From: an uncultured virus (IMG/VR IMGVR_UViG_3300046798_000046)
Taxonomy: Duplodnaviria; Heunggongvirae; Uroviricota; Caudoviricetes
Reading direction: 5' to 3' (one strand)
IMG/VR virus record: IMGVR_UViG_3300046798_000046
DNA length: 23,110 nucleotides
The notes under the pieces were generated by a model, which saw only the letters and a program-made list of their open reading frames with translations, searched no databases and was not told the DNA's origin. Below, piece by piece: positions 1-10,144 of the stretch (positions within the stretch are counted from its first letter, which is position 1; every line of letters begins with the position of its first letter). Made by a program: the position numbers and the translations under genes.

Positions 1-2291
1 GTAAAGGTGCGCTGCGCCCCATCGAGAAAGACGCCCCGTGAGGTGGCGTACCGGCCCGCCGTGAAGCCATTCGGAATCCGGATAGCGAACGAATTGCCAT
101 TGAAATTGCCGTCGCACATCCACGTCATGTGCAGCATATTCTTGAACCAATAGTAGATGGCTGCGTAGACGGTCGTGGGCGTCCAGGTGCCGCCCGTGTC
201 CACGGTGAAGTCCGCTGGCCCGCCACAGTTGTCGAGGTAATTCGGGTTCAAGTACCCGTAAAATCGTGGGGCCGTGATCCCTCCCAAGGCACCGAGACCG
301 GTGTTGGTGTAGAGGCCATAGGAGCCGTGGCTGGCGAGGCCCCAATCCGTTTGCCCCCCGCCGATGTCGGCGCGACCACCATAGATCCAATTCGCGGTTT
401 GGATGACGCCAGAGGCATTGACGCCACCGGCGGTGATAGTGACGCTCCCGGCGTTGACGAGGACATCGTTGACGACCAATTGCCCGGTCAGAGACGCGCC
501 CCCGCCCGACACGGTGAAGCCGCTGCTCATATTCACTCGGCCCCCGAAGCTAGAAACGCCACTGACGGTTGCAGGACCGGTGACCCACAATCCGCCGCCC
601 CTGTCCAAGTACAGCCCCGTGTTGGCATAGAGGCCATACGACCCATGAGAGGCGAGGTACCACGCCGTTTGGAGGCCGCTGATGCCATCTATTCGACCAG
701 GGAAGACATACCCGCCCAGGAACAGGTTCGAGCTTCGGTCGAGCTTCATGGAGATGTCCGGGTTCCAACCAATCGCGTCATCAATGGAGGGCGCAATCCA
801 GAAGCTCTCCGTCCAGTTCAATAGCTGCCACGATTGCCGGGACGCGGCGGACAATGTTGACCTGAGATTGAGCCGGGCATACCCCGTCCCGATCAGGTAG
901 TGATCCAGCGCGCTCGCGCTGATCGGGCCTGCCAGCGTCAGCCCTCCGTCTCGATCAAAGATGGCCCCCTGATGCACTACGGCGGACTCGGCATCGTTCA
1001 CGGCGTACAAGATCATCTTCCCCGCCGTATCAACGTACTGGTGCCACACCTTGGCATCCACCGGGCCGCTCAGGTTCTTCCAGGACATGAACGCGTTGTT
1101 CATTGTGAGCTTGCTGGACAGCGTCAGATTTGGGGAGACTAGCCCGCCGGTCAACGACAAGGTGCCATCGCGCGCCAGCGTCATCCCCCCGGTCGTCAGG
1201 ACGGTCTCGGCATCGTTGACGGCCTGAAAGGTCAACACGGCGTTCGCATTGACGATGCGGAATCGCCGGTTGTCCACGGGGTCCGTCAAATTCTCGAACG
1301 AGATTTGCGCGTAGTTCGGTCCCGCGCCCCCGGCCACCCGGCTGAGGAAGATGCTCTGGCCGAACACGCGAGCCGGGACAAACAAATCGCCCACGCGCGC
1401 AAACTTGAAGCGCGGGCCGATGTAGGCCGTGTCGGCGTCGTTGGTGGGCGAGATGTAGAAATCGCCGAAGCCCTCGACGCGCATGTTCTTGGCGTCCACC
1501 GGAGCGGTCGTGGCCGAGAACGTCAGGAACGGATTCGGGTTGGCGAAGATCTGATTTGTCGCGGTAAACCTGTTGACCAGATTCGTCCACGCCGCATTGA
1601 CGATCGCGTCCGTTCCGCCCGGCTCGTGCTGCGTATGGTGCGAGGTCGTTGGGTCCCCGGTGTCGCCCTTGACGCCCTGGGGTCCCTGCGGCCCGGTCGC
1701 GCCCGTGTCCCCCTTGTCCCCCTTCGGGCCGGTCGCTCCGGTGTCGCCCTTCTCGCCTTGAATCCCCTGCGGCCCGATGGGGCCGACCACGCCCTCGATG
1801 ATGAGCAGGACGGCGATCGGCGCGTTGTGCGGGAACGTCCCGTCCCCACCAGGGCCTGACTGCTCCACGAAGACGACCCGGATCTCAAACCAGTCCGAGA
1901 ACTCGATGACCTCCAGCACGTCCCAGGTCTGGCTTTTCACCGCCAGATCCTTGTCCTGAATCACAAGTCGGGTCGCTGGCGTGGTCAGCCCGAACAGAAC
2001 GTGAGCATCGAACCCATCGCTCGTCAGCCAGTCGAAATACAGGGACGTGGCGTCCTGCTGGATGGCGTCGTTCCACTTGATCTTGCCCGCACCCGGATCG
2101 GTCGCCGACTGGTCGTTGGTGTCCGTCCGGTAGAAGAACACCGAGGACGAGGGGGTGGGGTCCCCCTGGTCGCCCTTCTCGCCTTGGATCCCCTGCGGCC
2201 CGACCGGCCCGACCGGCCCCGTCGAGACCGGGTTCCAGATCGGGATCCACTCTGTCGTCGCGGGGTCGGGCGGGACAAACGGGTCGGCCAT
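1..2291 (-). CDS. Tail fibre / receptor-binding protein with collagen-like repeats; 3' end truncated by window edge (>=763 aa); absent from supplied ORF track
   Basis: Manual translation from ATG at 2289-2291 is open to base 1: [44 protein letters not shown]...[26 protein letters not shown]...[14 protein letters not shown]...; Gly-X-Y tracts, repeated fibre modules, starts 4 nt after the upstream stop. Confidence 0.9.
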   Translation of the reverse strand, partial: MADPFVPPDPATTEWIPIWNPVSTGPVGPVGPQGIQGEKGDQGDPTPSSSVFFYRTDTNDQSATDPGAGKIKWNDAIQQDATSLYFDWLTSDGFDAHVLFGLTTPATRLVIQDKDLAVKSQTWDVLEVIEFSDWFEIRVVFVEQSGPGGDGTFPHNAPIAVLLIIEGVVGPIGPQGIQGEKGDTGATGPKGDKGDTGATGPQGPQGVKGDTGDPTTSHHTQHEPGGTDAIVNAAWTNLVNRFTATNQIFANPNPFLTFSATTAPVDAKNMRVEGFGDFYISPTNDADTAYIGPRFKFARVGDLFVPARVFGQSIFLSRVAGGAGPNYAQISFENLTDPVDNRRFRIVNANAVLTFQAVNDAETVLTTGGMTLARDGTLSLTGGLVSPNLTLSSKLTMNNAFMSWKNLSGPVDAKVWHQYVDTAGKMILYAVNDAESAVVHQGAIFDRDGGLTLAGPISASALDHYLIGTGYARLNLRSTLSAASRQSWQLLNWTESFWIAPSIDDAIGWNPDISMKLDRSSNLFLGGYVFPGRIDGISGLQTAWYLASHGSYGLYANTGLYLDRGGGLWVTGPATVSGVSSFGGRVNMSSGFTVSGGGASLTGQLVVNDVLVNAGSVTITAGGVNASGVIQTANWIYGGRADIGGGQTDWGLASHGSYGLYTNTGLGALGGITAPRFYGYLNPNYLDNCGGPADFTVDTGGTWTPTTVYAAIYYWFKNMLHMTWMCDGNFNGNSFAIRIPNGFTAGRYATSRGVFLDGAQRTF

Positions 2292-2295
2292 TGGT

Positions 2296-2685
2296 CTATT
2301 CCAGATCCAGGTCGTTGTCGCGAGTAGACGGCGCTTCCGGCGTCCCCGCGACGGTGCCTGGAATGAAGCCATCAGCGGACAACTTCTCAAGAATCCGGCG
2401 CTGCATCGACTTGGTGGTCAGGTTGGCGGTGTTCAACTGCTTGATCATGTTGGTCGCCAGCTTCCCTGTGTACTGATAGAAGCTGTAGTTGCCCGCGTCG
2501 TCCTTCAGCTTGACCGTCACGAGGCCCGGCTCAGGCGTGGGTGGGACCGCTGGCGGCGGCGGCGGCAGCGTGGTGGTCGCCATGACCGTCTCCAAGTCCA
2601 TCGTGAAGGACGACACCCGGTACTTGGTCGTGGACGCCGGGGTCGGCGGGACGATCGGGTCGGTCAGAATGAGTTCTTCGGCCAT
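2296..2685 (-). CDS. Hypothetical tail-module protein, 129 aa, Pro-rich linker
   Basis: Tightly packed between neighbouring genes (3-4 nt gaps), protein-like composition. Confidence 0.8.
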   Translation of the reverse strand: MAEELILTDPIVPPTPASTTKYRVSSFTMDLETVMATTTLPPPPPAVPPTPEPGLVTVKLKDDAGNYSFYQYTGKLATNMIKQLNTANLTTKSMQRRILEKLSADGFIPGTVAGTPEAPSTRDNDLDLE

Positions 2686-2688
2686 CGG

Positions 2689-3069
2689 TTACGCTCGGCT
2701 TTCTCGCTGGATCTTGTCCAGCCAATCAATGGTTTCGACGGCGTGCTTGGTCGGGGACCCCGATTGCCAGGGCACCGCGCCCAGGTAGTTATAGAGGAGG
2801 TCGTACTCCTGCATCGTCACCTGGATCGATGCGGACGGCGGCGGGCCGTCCTCGGGAGCCGTCTTCAACTGGCGCTGCGGCTCCCCGTTCACCAGCTTCT
2901 TGCCGCAGGGCATCGGCTCGCTGATGCTCTCCAGCTTCTCGAAGAACCCGACTTCCGTGCGAAGGACCTGCATCCCCTTCTTCTCTTGCAGGCTCCCGCC
3001 CAACACGAAGCCGACGAACACGAACTCGAAATGCCGCTTGCCGGTCTCGTCTGAAAAATCAAGAATCAT
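2689..3069 (-). CDS. Hypothetical protein, 126 aa (possible fibre assembly factor by position only)
   Basis: ATGA overlap with upstream HNH stop, 3 nt gap to next gene, globular composition. Confidence 0.78.
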   Translation of the reverse strand: MILDFSDETGKRHFEFVFVGFVLGGSLQEKKGMQVLRTEVGFFEKLESISEPMPCGKKLVNGEPQRQLKTAPEDGPPPSASIQVTMQEYDLLYNYLGAVPWQSGSPTKHAVETIDWLDKIQRESRA

Positions 3070-3704
3070 CGTCGCCTCATGTGTTTCGGCAAGCCTTCAC
3101 GCAACCGGTACAGCGTGCGCCTGCCGATTGCCAAGTAATCCGCAATTTGCGCCATCGAAATTCGCTCGCCGTCCAGCGTCCATCGGCGACGTGGGCCGTC
3201 CAGACGACGGCTTTGGCGCGTGTTCAGGCCCTGCTCGCTTCGCGTGGCCCAGCGACAGTTGCCCGGCCTATAGTGCCCGTCGTTGTCAATCCTGTCTAGT
3301 GTCATCCCTTCCTGGCACCGGCCCATGTCCGCGAGGAAATTCTTGAATGACTCGCGCCAACGATCACAGACCGTGATGCCGCGACCGCCGTAGTTCTCGA
3401 AGCCCGTCGCCGTAGGGTTCAGGCACCGCCCCTTCATTGCCCGCCAGATACTGTACTCGCGGCTCATTCCGCCCCCGCCGTGGCGGCCCGCTTCCCCGTG
3501 TTTCGTTGCACGAGCGCGGGTGCTGTCGGACAGAAAACATCCGCAACTGCTCGCGTGTCCGCTCCGCAGTCCGTCGCCACGCACGCGACATATCACCCCA
3601 CACGCGCACTGACACATCCAGAACGCGCCGTGACCTCGGTGAGCACTCGTGTCCCGCGACAACACCGTCAACCGACCGTAGACGTGACCCGTCTCGTCTT
3701 TCAT
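3066..3704 (-). CDS. Free-standing HNH-type homing endonuclease with N-terminal Cys cluster and C-terminal HTH-like tail
   Basis: Family motifs YGRLTV, WxCxCxCG, SCGC, YGGRGITVCDRW..F..F..DMG, TLDRIDNDGHY.PGNCRWAT..EQ..N. Confidence 0.88.
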   Translation of the reverse strand: MKDETGHVYGRLTVLSRDTSAHRGHGAFWMCQCACGVICRVRGDGLRSGHASSCGCFLSDSTRARATKHGEAGRHGGGGMSREYSIWRAMKGRCLNPTATGFENYGGRGITVCDRWRESFKNFLADMGRCQEGMTLDRIDNDGHYRPGNCRWATRSEQGLNTRQSRRLDGPRRRWTLDGERISMAQIADYLAIGRRTLYRLREGLPKHMRRR

Positions 3705-3745
3705 GGGCCAAGTGTGTCACTGTTTTCGTCATTTCCCTAGCAAAA

Positions 3746-6070
3746 TCAGTTTTTCTGGCAAAGAAAAATATCAACAAACGGGGGCAAATGCCCCACGTCT
3801 TGGGAGGTCCCGGTGATCCCCAGGCCGCGATCGGACCCGCCGGTCGCCCCGTCCACTTGCTGTGATTCGGTGGCGATCCCGCCGTAGCCTGACCCGGAGC
3901 CGCTGAACGAGTGCGTGTGCCCGCCGACCGGGTCCGTGGCCCCGCCGACCGACACCGAGAAGTTGTGCTGATGGCCGTCCCGGGTCATCACGCCGCTGCT
4001 GCCGCCATCGACGTTCATCGTCTGGCCGTTGTTGCCGCCCGTGGTCCCTGACCCGTTGAGATTCACGGTGTGGCCGTGCCCGCCGTCGTTCGACGTGCCG
4101 CCACTGATCCCGATGTCGATGCGGCCGGTCTGGCCGCCGTGCGAGTGATCGCGGGCGCGGAGGGACCCGGCGCTGTGCAAGTGGTCGGGCGCACCAAAGC
4201 TGCCTGGGCCGTGGCTGTGGCTCCACGCGCCTCCGGTCGCCCCTGCGGTCGGCCCCACGCGCAGGAAGTAGTTGTCCCACATCACGCGGGACCAGCCGGG
4301 GGGACACGGGGACACGCTGATCACGATGAGACCGGACGGGAAGGTGGGCGGGGCCACCCACTGCGAGTCTCCGCGCAGGAAGGTCGCGGACGAGGGCGCC
4401 CCCCCGCCCAGGAGCGACGGCGCGACCTGTCCGTGCGTCAAATACGACGCATTGAGATTGGTGAGCGGGGACCCGTCGCCGAACAGCGCGGCAGCATGGA
4501 AATACCCGTTCCGCTCGAAGATGTAGGCGTTCGCTTCGCCTGACCCGTCATAGTTCGCCGCTTGGAAATAGAGCGTGGAGTCCTGGTAGGCGTAGAACCG
4601 CCACTGCGTATTGGCCCACGGATCCTTGAGCAACAGGAACGCATTGGGGCCGTCGATGACCTGACTCGCGCTGAACACATTCATCCGATTGAGCAGCGCG
4701 ACGTTGGCCGAGAGCACGGCGTCCGGGATCTGGCCGTGCGTGATCTGCGAGGCGTTCAGGTTGGTCAGGTTGGACCCGTCGCCGTAAAACGTCGAGACCA
4801 CATAGGTCGAAGAGATCGTCCCGCCCGTGATTGCCACGTTGTCGGCGTTCTGCGTAGACATGGTCCCGAGGCCCAAGTTCGTCCGCGCGCCCTGCGGGAA
4901 CGTGGACCCGGTCCCGCCTTCGGCCACGGGAATGACCGGAATCGTGCTCGGCTCGCCGCCATTGCTCTTCACGTAGCCGTTCGCGAGCGTATTCATCGCC
5001 CGCTCGTTGGTCAGGACGCCATGCGCGGCGACGACCCAGTACGCCGCATCGACAGCGGCATCCGTCCCGTGAACCCCCTGCGGGCCTTGCGGCCCTGGAA
5101 TCCCTTGCGGCCCTTGTGGCCCGGTGGGACCCGGCACGCCTTGAATCCCTTGCGGGCCAATGGGACCCGGGGGGCCGACCGCCGACGCCATGCCGACCCC
5201 GGGCCACGGTTCGGGCGGGGTCGTCGTGCCGTCCACGACGCACATATAGGCGATGTTGTCCGGGCCGATGACGATGTCGCCGTCGTTGTAGGTAACAGGC
5301 GGCTGGTAGGTCCCGAGGTAATCGAGGTCCGCGCCCCCGCCGCCACTCCCCGAGGGCGCTGCGCCCGCCACGCGGATGAGGACGGTCTCGTTGTGGGCAA
5401 TCGCGCTCGGCCCCTCTTGCATGAACTGGACGGCGTATTCGACATACCCGCCCTTGTCCACCGGTTCGCCGATCGTGCGAAACTCCGCGAAGTTGGTGTG
5501 ATCCACGTTGTTCTGGATCACGATTTCCGCCCCGACGTGAATGAGCATCAACCCCCAAAAGATGTCCTCCGCATCCCGGGTCAGGTTGTGGAACCAGAGC
5601 TTGGTGACGGCGCTGTAGGGGAACAGCGCATCGAAGCGGACCTGTCCCGCCGTGGGCGGTTCATTGATCGCCGACGAGTAGCGGTACGGGAAGACGGAGG
5701 CCGCGCCTCCGGGGCCGACTGGCCCTTCGGGACCGGGAATGCCTTGGTCGCCTTGGGGACCCGCCGGGCCGATGTCGCCTTGTTGCCCTTGCGGGCCGGT
5801 TGATCCGGGCGGGCCTTGCGGCCCTGGAGGGCCATCGTCGCCTTGGGGACCGGGCGGGCCAGCGGTCCCGCCGCCGCCGCCCGTGAAGCTGGCATCGGCC
5901 AGTTCCTCGAAGAACGCTTGCCAGACGGTCGGAATCCGCTGATCGTCCTTGCTGGTGGTGATGGCTTCCCGCGCCGGGACAAAGAACGGCGCATCGCCGT
6001 TCACGTCGTAGGTGCCGGTCGCGGGATTGATCCGACGACGGCGACCCGCATAGGGCGACCGGATCGGCAT
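3746..6070 (-). CDS. Tail fibre protein, 774 aa: two collagen tracts, CBM5/12-like motif, collar-like C-terminus with six HxH motifs
   Basis: Start moved to ATG 6068-6070, which overlaps the gp10-like stop (TGATG); GPxGPQG repeats; [13 protein letters not shown]...YMC; FPSGLIV...CPPGW...FLR...HSH/HLH/HSH/HGH/HQH/HTH...[12 protein letters not shown]. Confidence 0.9.
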   Translation of the reverse strand: MPIRSPYAGRRRRINPATGTYDVNGDAPFFVPAREAITTSKDDQRIPTVWQAFFEELADASFTGGGGGTAGPPGPQGDDGPPGPQGPPGSTGPQGQQGDIGPAGPQGDQGIPGPEGPVGPGGAASVFPYRYSSAINEPPTAGQVRFDALFPYSAVTKLWFHNLTRDAEDIFWGLMLIHVGAEIVIQNNVDHTNFAEFRTIGEPVDKGGYVEYAVQFMQEGPSAIAHNETVLIRVAGAAPSGSGGGGADLDYLGTYQPPVTYNDGDIVIGPDNIAYMCVVDGTTTPPEPWPGVGMASAVGPPGPIGPQGIQGVPGPTGPQGPQGIPGPQGPQGVHGTDAAVDAAYWVVAAHGVLTNERAMNTLANGYVKSNGGEPSTIPVIPVAEGGTGSTFPQGARTNLGLGTMSTQNADNVAITGGTISSTYVVSTFYGDGSNLTNLNASQITHGQIPDAVLSANVALLNRMNVFSASQVIDGPNAFLLLKDPWANTQWRFYAYQDSTLYFQAANYDGSGEANAYIFERNGYFHAAALFGDGSPLTNLNASYLTHGQVAPSLLGGGAPSSATFLRGDSQWVAPPTFPSGLIVISVSPCPPGWSRVMWDNYFLRVGPTAGATGGAWSHSHGPGSFGAPDHLHSAGSLRARDHSHGGQTGRIDIGISGGTSNDGGHGHTVNLNGSGTTGGNNGQTMNVDGGSSGVMTRDGHQHNFSVSVGGATDPVGGHTHSFSGSGSGYGGIATESQQVDGATGGSDRGLGITGTSQDVGHLPPFVDIFLCQKN

Positions 6071-7494
6071 CAGCCTTGCCCACCGATCGTCAGGTACGCA
6101 TCGACAATGCGCCAGGGGATCGGGTCCGTCGTGGAAATCTCGAACACGCGATCCCGCGACGTACCGAGCCGCGCCCACCGGACGGGTTGTTTGTATTTGC
6201 CGAGTTTGCCGGTGCCGCCCAGCCGTTCGGCCTGCCACGTCTTCCCGCCGTCGTTGCTGTAGCGCATCATGATCTGCGGGGTGTGGCCCTGGATGGGATC
6301 CACCAGCCCGACGCCGACTTCCAGGTCGAGCCGCAACTCGTCGTACCGGATGTAGTTCAGTTCGTTCGCGATGTGCGGGGCACGACGGACCCGGCGAATC
6401 GTCGCGCCGTTGTCAGTGAACGCGAGCGGGCCGAGCGCGTACAGGTTGCCGTTGTCCCGGTCGCCAATCAGGTATCGGTTGAACCCGTGGCAGTGACAGA
6501 TCGCCCGGTGCGCTTCGTAGACGCCGTCGTCCTCGTTCCAGAACAGCCATTCGGTCCACAGCCCCGTGGCGGCATCGAACACCCAGGTCGCCCCTTCGTT
6601 CCGGAACGACAGGACGTAAAACGTGTGGCCTTGCCATTGGATGGTGAAGGCGATGGCGTCTTTCACGACGCCGTATTGAGCCATCGTCCATTCGAGCGCG
6701 TGGGTGCTGACCCGCTCCGGGTGGTAGCCGTTCGAGCGGAATACCGTCCGGGTGCCTTGCTGGTTCTCCCCGAGCCAGAACAGCGACTGGTCGAGTTGCG
6801 CGACCGAGAACGGCGCGGCGGTGCCCTGCTGCATCAAGGCGCTGCTGATGGGGGCAAACGGCATCTGGCCCTGGCCGATGTTGACCCACACTTCGGACGA
6901 CTGACTGCCGAACAGCCAGACCTCGCGATGAATGACCGCCATCCCGATCCACCGGTCGGACGCCGTCTGGCGTTGGGCGACCTGGAGACCGGGCCAGGAG
7001 ATGCCGTTGACGAGCGAGGAGGCTTTGAGCGTCGAGGTCGCCGTGTCGAGCGCCACGAAATACCCGTCGCAGTACCCGCCAATCGTCGCGCCCGCGAGCA
7101 CCGTCGTCAGCGTGTTGGACAGCAGGTCGAAGATGTAGCCCGTGTTCCCGGACGTGATGAAGAGTTGGTGGCCCGCATCGCCGTTGCTCGCGAACGTGGC
7201 GGGGTTGTCATCGCGGAGCACGTCCCCCCGGTCGGTCGCGACCCCGTTCTGGTCGAACTCGTAGAGCTTGAAGCCCACCACGCCAAACGTGCGCCCGTCC
7301 TCGGAGAACAGCCCCCGCACTGGGCCGTCCGTGATGCTGGAAAAGAGCGAATAGCCCGGGGTGGGATAGAGCACGGCCTGGGCCTTCGCGCCTTGGGCCT
7401 CGGTGCGTTCGACGTAGAAATTGATCGTCCGCTGCGAATCGGCGGTGCTGCTTTGGGACGGATTCGATCCGCCCACGAAGGCTTGGTATCTCAT
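6070..7494 (-). CDS. P22 gp10-like packaged-DNA stabilization / tail hub protein
   Basis: 474 aa; [74 protein letters not shown] motifs; follows gp4-like gene. Confidence 0.9.
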   Translation of the reverse strand: MRYQAFVGGSNPSQSSTADSQRTINFYVERTEAQGAKAQAVLYPTPGYSLFSSITDGPVRGLFSEDGRTFGVVGFKLYEFDQNGVATDRGDVLRDDNPATFASNGDAGHQLFITSGNTGYIFDLLSNTLTTVLAGATIGGYCDGYFVALDTATSTLKASSLVNGISWPGLQVAQRQTASDRWIGMAVIHREVWLFGSQSSEVWVNIGQGQMPFAPISSALMQQGTAAPFSVAQLDQSLFWLGENQQGTRTVFRSNGYHPERVSTHALEWTMAQYGVVKDAIAFTIQWQGHTFYVLSFRNEGATWVFDAATGLWTEWLFWNEDDGVYEAHRAICHCHGFNRYLIGDRDNGNLYALGPLAFTDNGATIRRVRRAPHIANELNYIRYDELRLDLEVGVGLVDPIQGHTPQIMMRYSNDGGKTWQAERLGGTGKLGKYKQPVRWARLGTSRDRVFEISTTDPIPWRIVDAYLTIGGQG

Positions 7495-7506
7495 CGCGCG
7501 TCCGAA

Positions 7507-8226
7507 CTATTGATCGCTACGCCAGTCATAGACGCCCGTGCGCGAGATGATCGCGCGGTCGCAATGCAGCAGGTCATCGGGAATGTTCTGAATCTTGACG
7601 ATCATGATGGCGTCTTTCGCCATGGCGACGATGTCCTGGAGCCGGTTGCTCGCCGGGTATTCCATCGAGAGCCGCACGGCGAGGCTGTAGAGGATCGCTT
7701 CCTCAAATCCGGGCGGGAAGGTGTAGTGCGTGGAGAGGTTCGCGAACGCCGTGATGGCGGTCGGCACGTAGAGGACCGCTTCCAGGTTCGCGACGTTCGG
7801 GATGGGCCAGTAGTGGAGTCGTCCGAGCGGCCAGAACCGCTCGTAATAGACCGACTGCGGCAGCGCACTCTCGACGTTCTTGACCGGGACCGTCGTCTGC
7901 CAGTCCTGCTGCGTGAGGACGACCAGCGGCAGTTCGAGCGGCTGGACGGCGTTGTTGAACGAGGTCACGCTCGCGCCCGAGAGGGACTCCGGACGCGGTC
8001 GATCCCAGTCGCCGCCCGGCCCGATGGTGTACATCTGTTTGCCCACGGTCATCGTCAGCGTGGCCCGCTCGATGACCGGGATCATCAGCCGTTCGGCGGC
8101 CCAGCGATCCACCATCATGTTGAGCGCGACGAGGCCATCAGTGGCCTCCTGCGGGTCGAGGCTCTCCCCGGGACCGATGGCCCCCAGCATCCGGAGCGCG
8201 CGGGTGATGAGATCGAGCGCGGTCAT
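7507..8226 (-). CDS. P22 gp4-like head-to-tail adaptor
   Basis: TALDLITRALRMLG...GE.......DGL.ALN.M.D.W N-terminus; FPPGFEEAI.Y.LAVRL..EY; synteny before gp10-like gene. Confidence 0.85.
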   Translation of the reverse strand: MTALDLITRALRMLGAIGPGESLDPQEATDGLVALNMMVDRWAAERLMIPVIERATLTMTVGKQMYTIGPGGDWDRPRPESLSGASVTSFNNAVQPLELPLVVLTQQDWQTTVPVKNVESALPQSVYYERFWPLGRLHYWPIPNVANLEAVLYVPTAITAFANLSTHYTFPPGFEEAILYSLAVRLSMEYPASNRLQDIVAMAKDAIMIVKIQNIPDDLLHCDRAIISRTGVYDWRSDQ

Positions 8227-8511
8227 TTATTCCCCGCGCTTCCTGAATTGCCCCTTCGCCGTGCGCTTCGGTGGGTCCTCGCCGGTCTCGGTCTCGGCCT
8301 CGGGGACGCCTTCCGACATATCGTTGGGCGGGCCATCCGGCGCCACCGGGGGGTCCGGGGGCGTCAGAGACGGCGTGCGGGCGAGCGCCTCATCCGGCGT
8401 GCCGTACCAGCCGGGCGGCAGGGCGTCATGCGCCTCTTTGTTCGGCACGATGACGCCATCCACCGTGCCCGCTTCGGTCTTGCGATACACCCACGCCGGA
8501 TACCCACTCAT
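8227..8511 (-). CDS. Small phage protein of the YPxWxY...GW..P type usually found after P22-like coat genes
   Basis: YPAWVY...GVIV...EAHDAL..GWYGTP; TAA directly abuts the next ATG. Confidence 0.78.
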   Translation of the reverse strand: MSGYPAWVYRKTEAGTVDGVIVPNKEAHDALPPGWYGTPDEALARTPSLTPPDPPVAPDGPPNDMSEGVPEAETETGEDPPKRTAKGQFRKRGE

Positions 8512-8520
8512 CCTGACCCC

Positions 8521-9609
8521 CTAGAAATTGAGAAAGCCGTTGTTGTCGGGCACGCTGCTGCCCCCGCCGTCTTCGCCGCTCCGCGTCAGAAACGTGAGCG
8601 GGGCGTTCTGATTGCGGTATTCCGTTGTCATCCATCCCGGCGTTTGGTTGGTGTACGCCACGTACATTTCATCGTAGATCCCGGGGGCCGAATAGGTGGT
8701 CGCCCCGCCGTTGTTGTAGATCCCGAAGTCGAAGAAGAAGTTGCTGGCCTGCGGGTTGACGTGGGTGCCCGCCACGGCGGTCACGTCCACGCCGTTCGCG
8801 AGGATCCGAATCGAACTGCCATTCCGGAGGAAGGCGAGCCGCACCCAACTGCCGACGACCGCCACGCCAGCGGCGGTGCCCGAGGCTTGCTGGATGCCGG
8901 GCTGGTTCGTGGTGAAGGACATCGATCCATCGTTGTTGACGACGACGTAGTACCCCTCCGATTGATACCCGCCCTTGAAGACGGGCATCTCGGCTCCGGA
9001 CGCATTGTTCAGCGAGGACGGCTTCCACCAGAAGGCGATCGTGAAGTTGTTGCTGGTGAAATCGTAGAAGCCCGGATCGGTGGTCCGGAAGAACTTGCCA
9101 AAGGTGTCGGAGTAGCCGGGGTCGGTCGTATCGATCCCGACGCCGATTTTGCCGGGGACATTCGGGCTGCTCCCGGCATTGACCAGATACCAACTGCCCT
9201 GCGCGGTCGCGTTCAGGACGGCCCCGCCAGACACGATCCCGTGGTAGGCCCCGGCATACCCGGCGTTGTCCCAGGGGGTCGTCGTGCTGCCGTCGGTCGT
9301 GATCGTCGCGTCTCCGTAGTAGAGATAGACCGCCGACCCGTCCGCGAGCGAGGCGACCGAGGCCCACACAACGATGGCGCCGGTGGCGCTGTTGTAGCTG
9401 CCCGACTCCAACTCGAAGGGCAGCGCCGTCCCGGCCAGTCCGTTGTAGGGCCGCAGGTCGAAGCCCGCCGCCGACTGGACGTGCCCGCCGCTCCCGACAA
9501 TCTTGTACCGGGCGTCCTGGTCGCCGATCAACAGCGGGAAGCTGCCGTGCGGCCCGCCCGAGACCTGTCCCGGCTTGACCGTGTAGGACGTGAAGTGCGC
9601 GAAGGCCAC
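8521..9609 (-). CDS. DUF2341-like plus LamG/concanavalin A-like lectin-fold virion protein
   Basis: FPLLI...GGHVQ...GFDLR...LPFELE..Y...TG...VW...YLYYGD; GKIG; FTIAFW, W..LAFLRNGSSIRI..NG, G.YDE...W..TEY.NQ; GTG start overlaps upstream TAG. Confidence 0.82.
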   Translation of the reverse strand: MAFAHFTSYTVKPGQVSGGPHGSFPLLIGDQDARYKIVGSGGHVQSAAGFDLRPYNGLAGTALPFELESGSYNSATGAIVVWASVASLADGSAVYLYYGDATITTDGSTTTPWDNAGYAGAYHGIVSGGAVLNATAQGSWYLVNAGSSPNVPGKIGVGIDTTDPGYSDTFGKFFRTTDPGFYDFTSNNFTIAFWWKPSSLNNASGAEMPVFKGGYQSEGYYVVVNNDGSMSFTTNQPGIQQASGTAAGVAVVGSWVRLAFLRNGSSIRILANGVDVTAVAGTHVNPQASNFFFDFGIYNNGGATTYSAPGIYDEMYVAYTNQTPGWMTTEYRNQNAPLTFLTRSGEDGGGSSVPDNNGFLNF

Positions 9610-10136
9610 TACGGCTCCTCGACCACCTGGGTCACGGCGAGGGCCTGTCGGACCAGGAGGTCCAGCATGATGTCCAGCCGCCGCTTGAGGACGGAGAGTT
9701 CGGCCAGATCGATGTCCGCGCCCGCCTTCTGAAGGACGTTGATCTGCGAGGCGAGCGACGTGCCTTGCGCGACCGCGCCCGCGACCGCTTGCGCGTGCAA
9801 CTGCTCAGGCGTGGGCGGTGGGGGCGGCGGCGGCGGATCGACGCGGGACAGGTCCAGCGTCGTGCCGATCGGCACCATCGACCCGGCCTCGACCACGTTG
9901 AACTGCCGCACATGATCCCCCACGCTCCGGTAGAGCACGTCGTCATTGGGGCACTGGAAGCGGACATCTTCGACCACGGTCGAAATCATCTTCGAGACGC
10001 CGTCATCCACGCGGAAGCGCCCGCTCCGCAGGTACTGATGCAGGGTGGACCGGTCATCGTTGGCAAACTCGACCTCAAAGAGGAAGCCGAGGCCGTAGAC
10101 GCTCTCTTCGCGGGTGAGGACGGTGGCGTGGAACAT
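9609..10136 (-). CDS. Hypothetical protein, 175 aa, poly-Pro linker plus helical C-terminus (fibre chaperone-like architecture)
   Basis: AGGAG RBS just before ATG at 10136 (MFHATVL...); PPPPPPPPTPEQ linker. Confidence 0.75.
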   Translation of the reverse strand: MFHATVLTREESVYGLGFLFEVEFANDDRSTLHQYLRSGRFRVDDGVSKMISTVVEDVRFQCPNDDVLYRSVGDHVRQFNVVEAGSMVPIGTTLDLSRVDPPPPPPPPTPEQLHAQAVAGAVAQGTSLASQINVLQKAGADIDLAELSVLKRRLDIMLDLLVRQALAVTQVVEEP

Positions 10137-10144
10137 GGGAACTC

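Noticed and set aside
294..662. Possible DGR template/variable repeat pair
   Set aside because: Differences are mostly synonymous and not adenine-specific, both copies are in-frame in one gene, and no reverse transcriptase is in the window
6071..6238. Longer starts given by the ORF track for the fibre (6238), and likewise coat (12703), portal (16267) and the 22160 ORF
   Set aside because: The extensions overlap upstream genes or non-coding repeats; downstream ATGs have RBS or stop-start coupling
7495..8523. In-frame TAG junctions (lectin to small ORF; gp4-like to gp10-like) suggesting amber recoding or readthrough
   Set aside because: TAG ends other genes whose neighbours are out of frame (10145, 9609, 2296, 18301), and no gene shows an internal TAG; code 11 fits
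6076..9732. 1218-aa plus-strand ORF
   Set aside because: Antisense shadow: four consecutive minus-strand genes share one frame in high-GC DNA, and the product is Arg/Gly/Val-rich with no motifs
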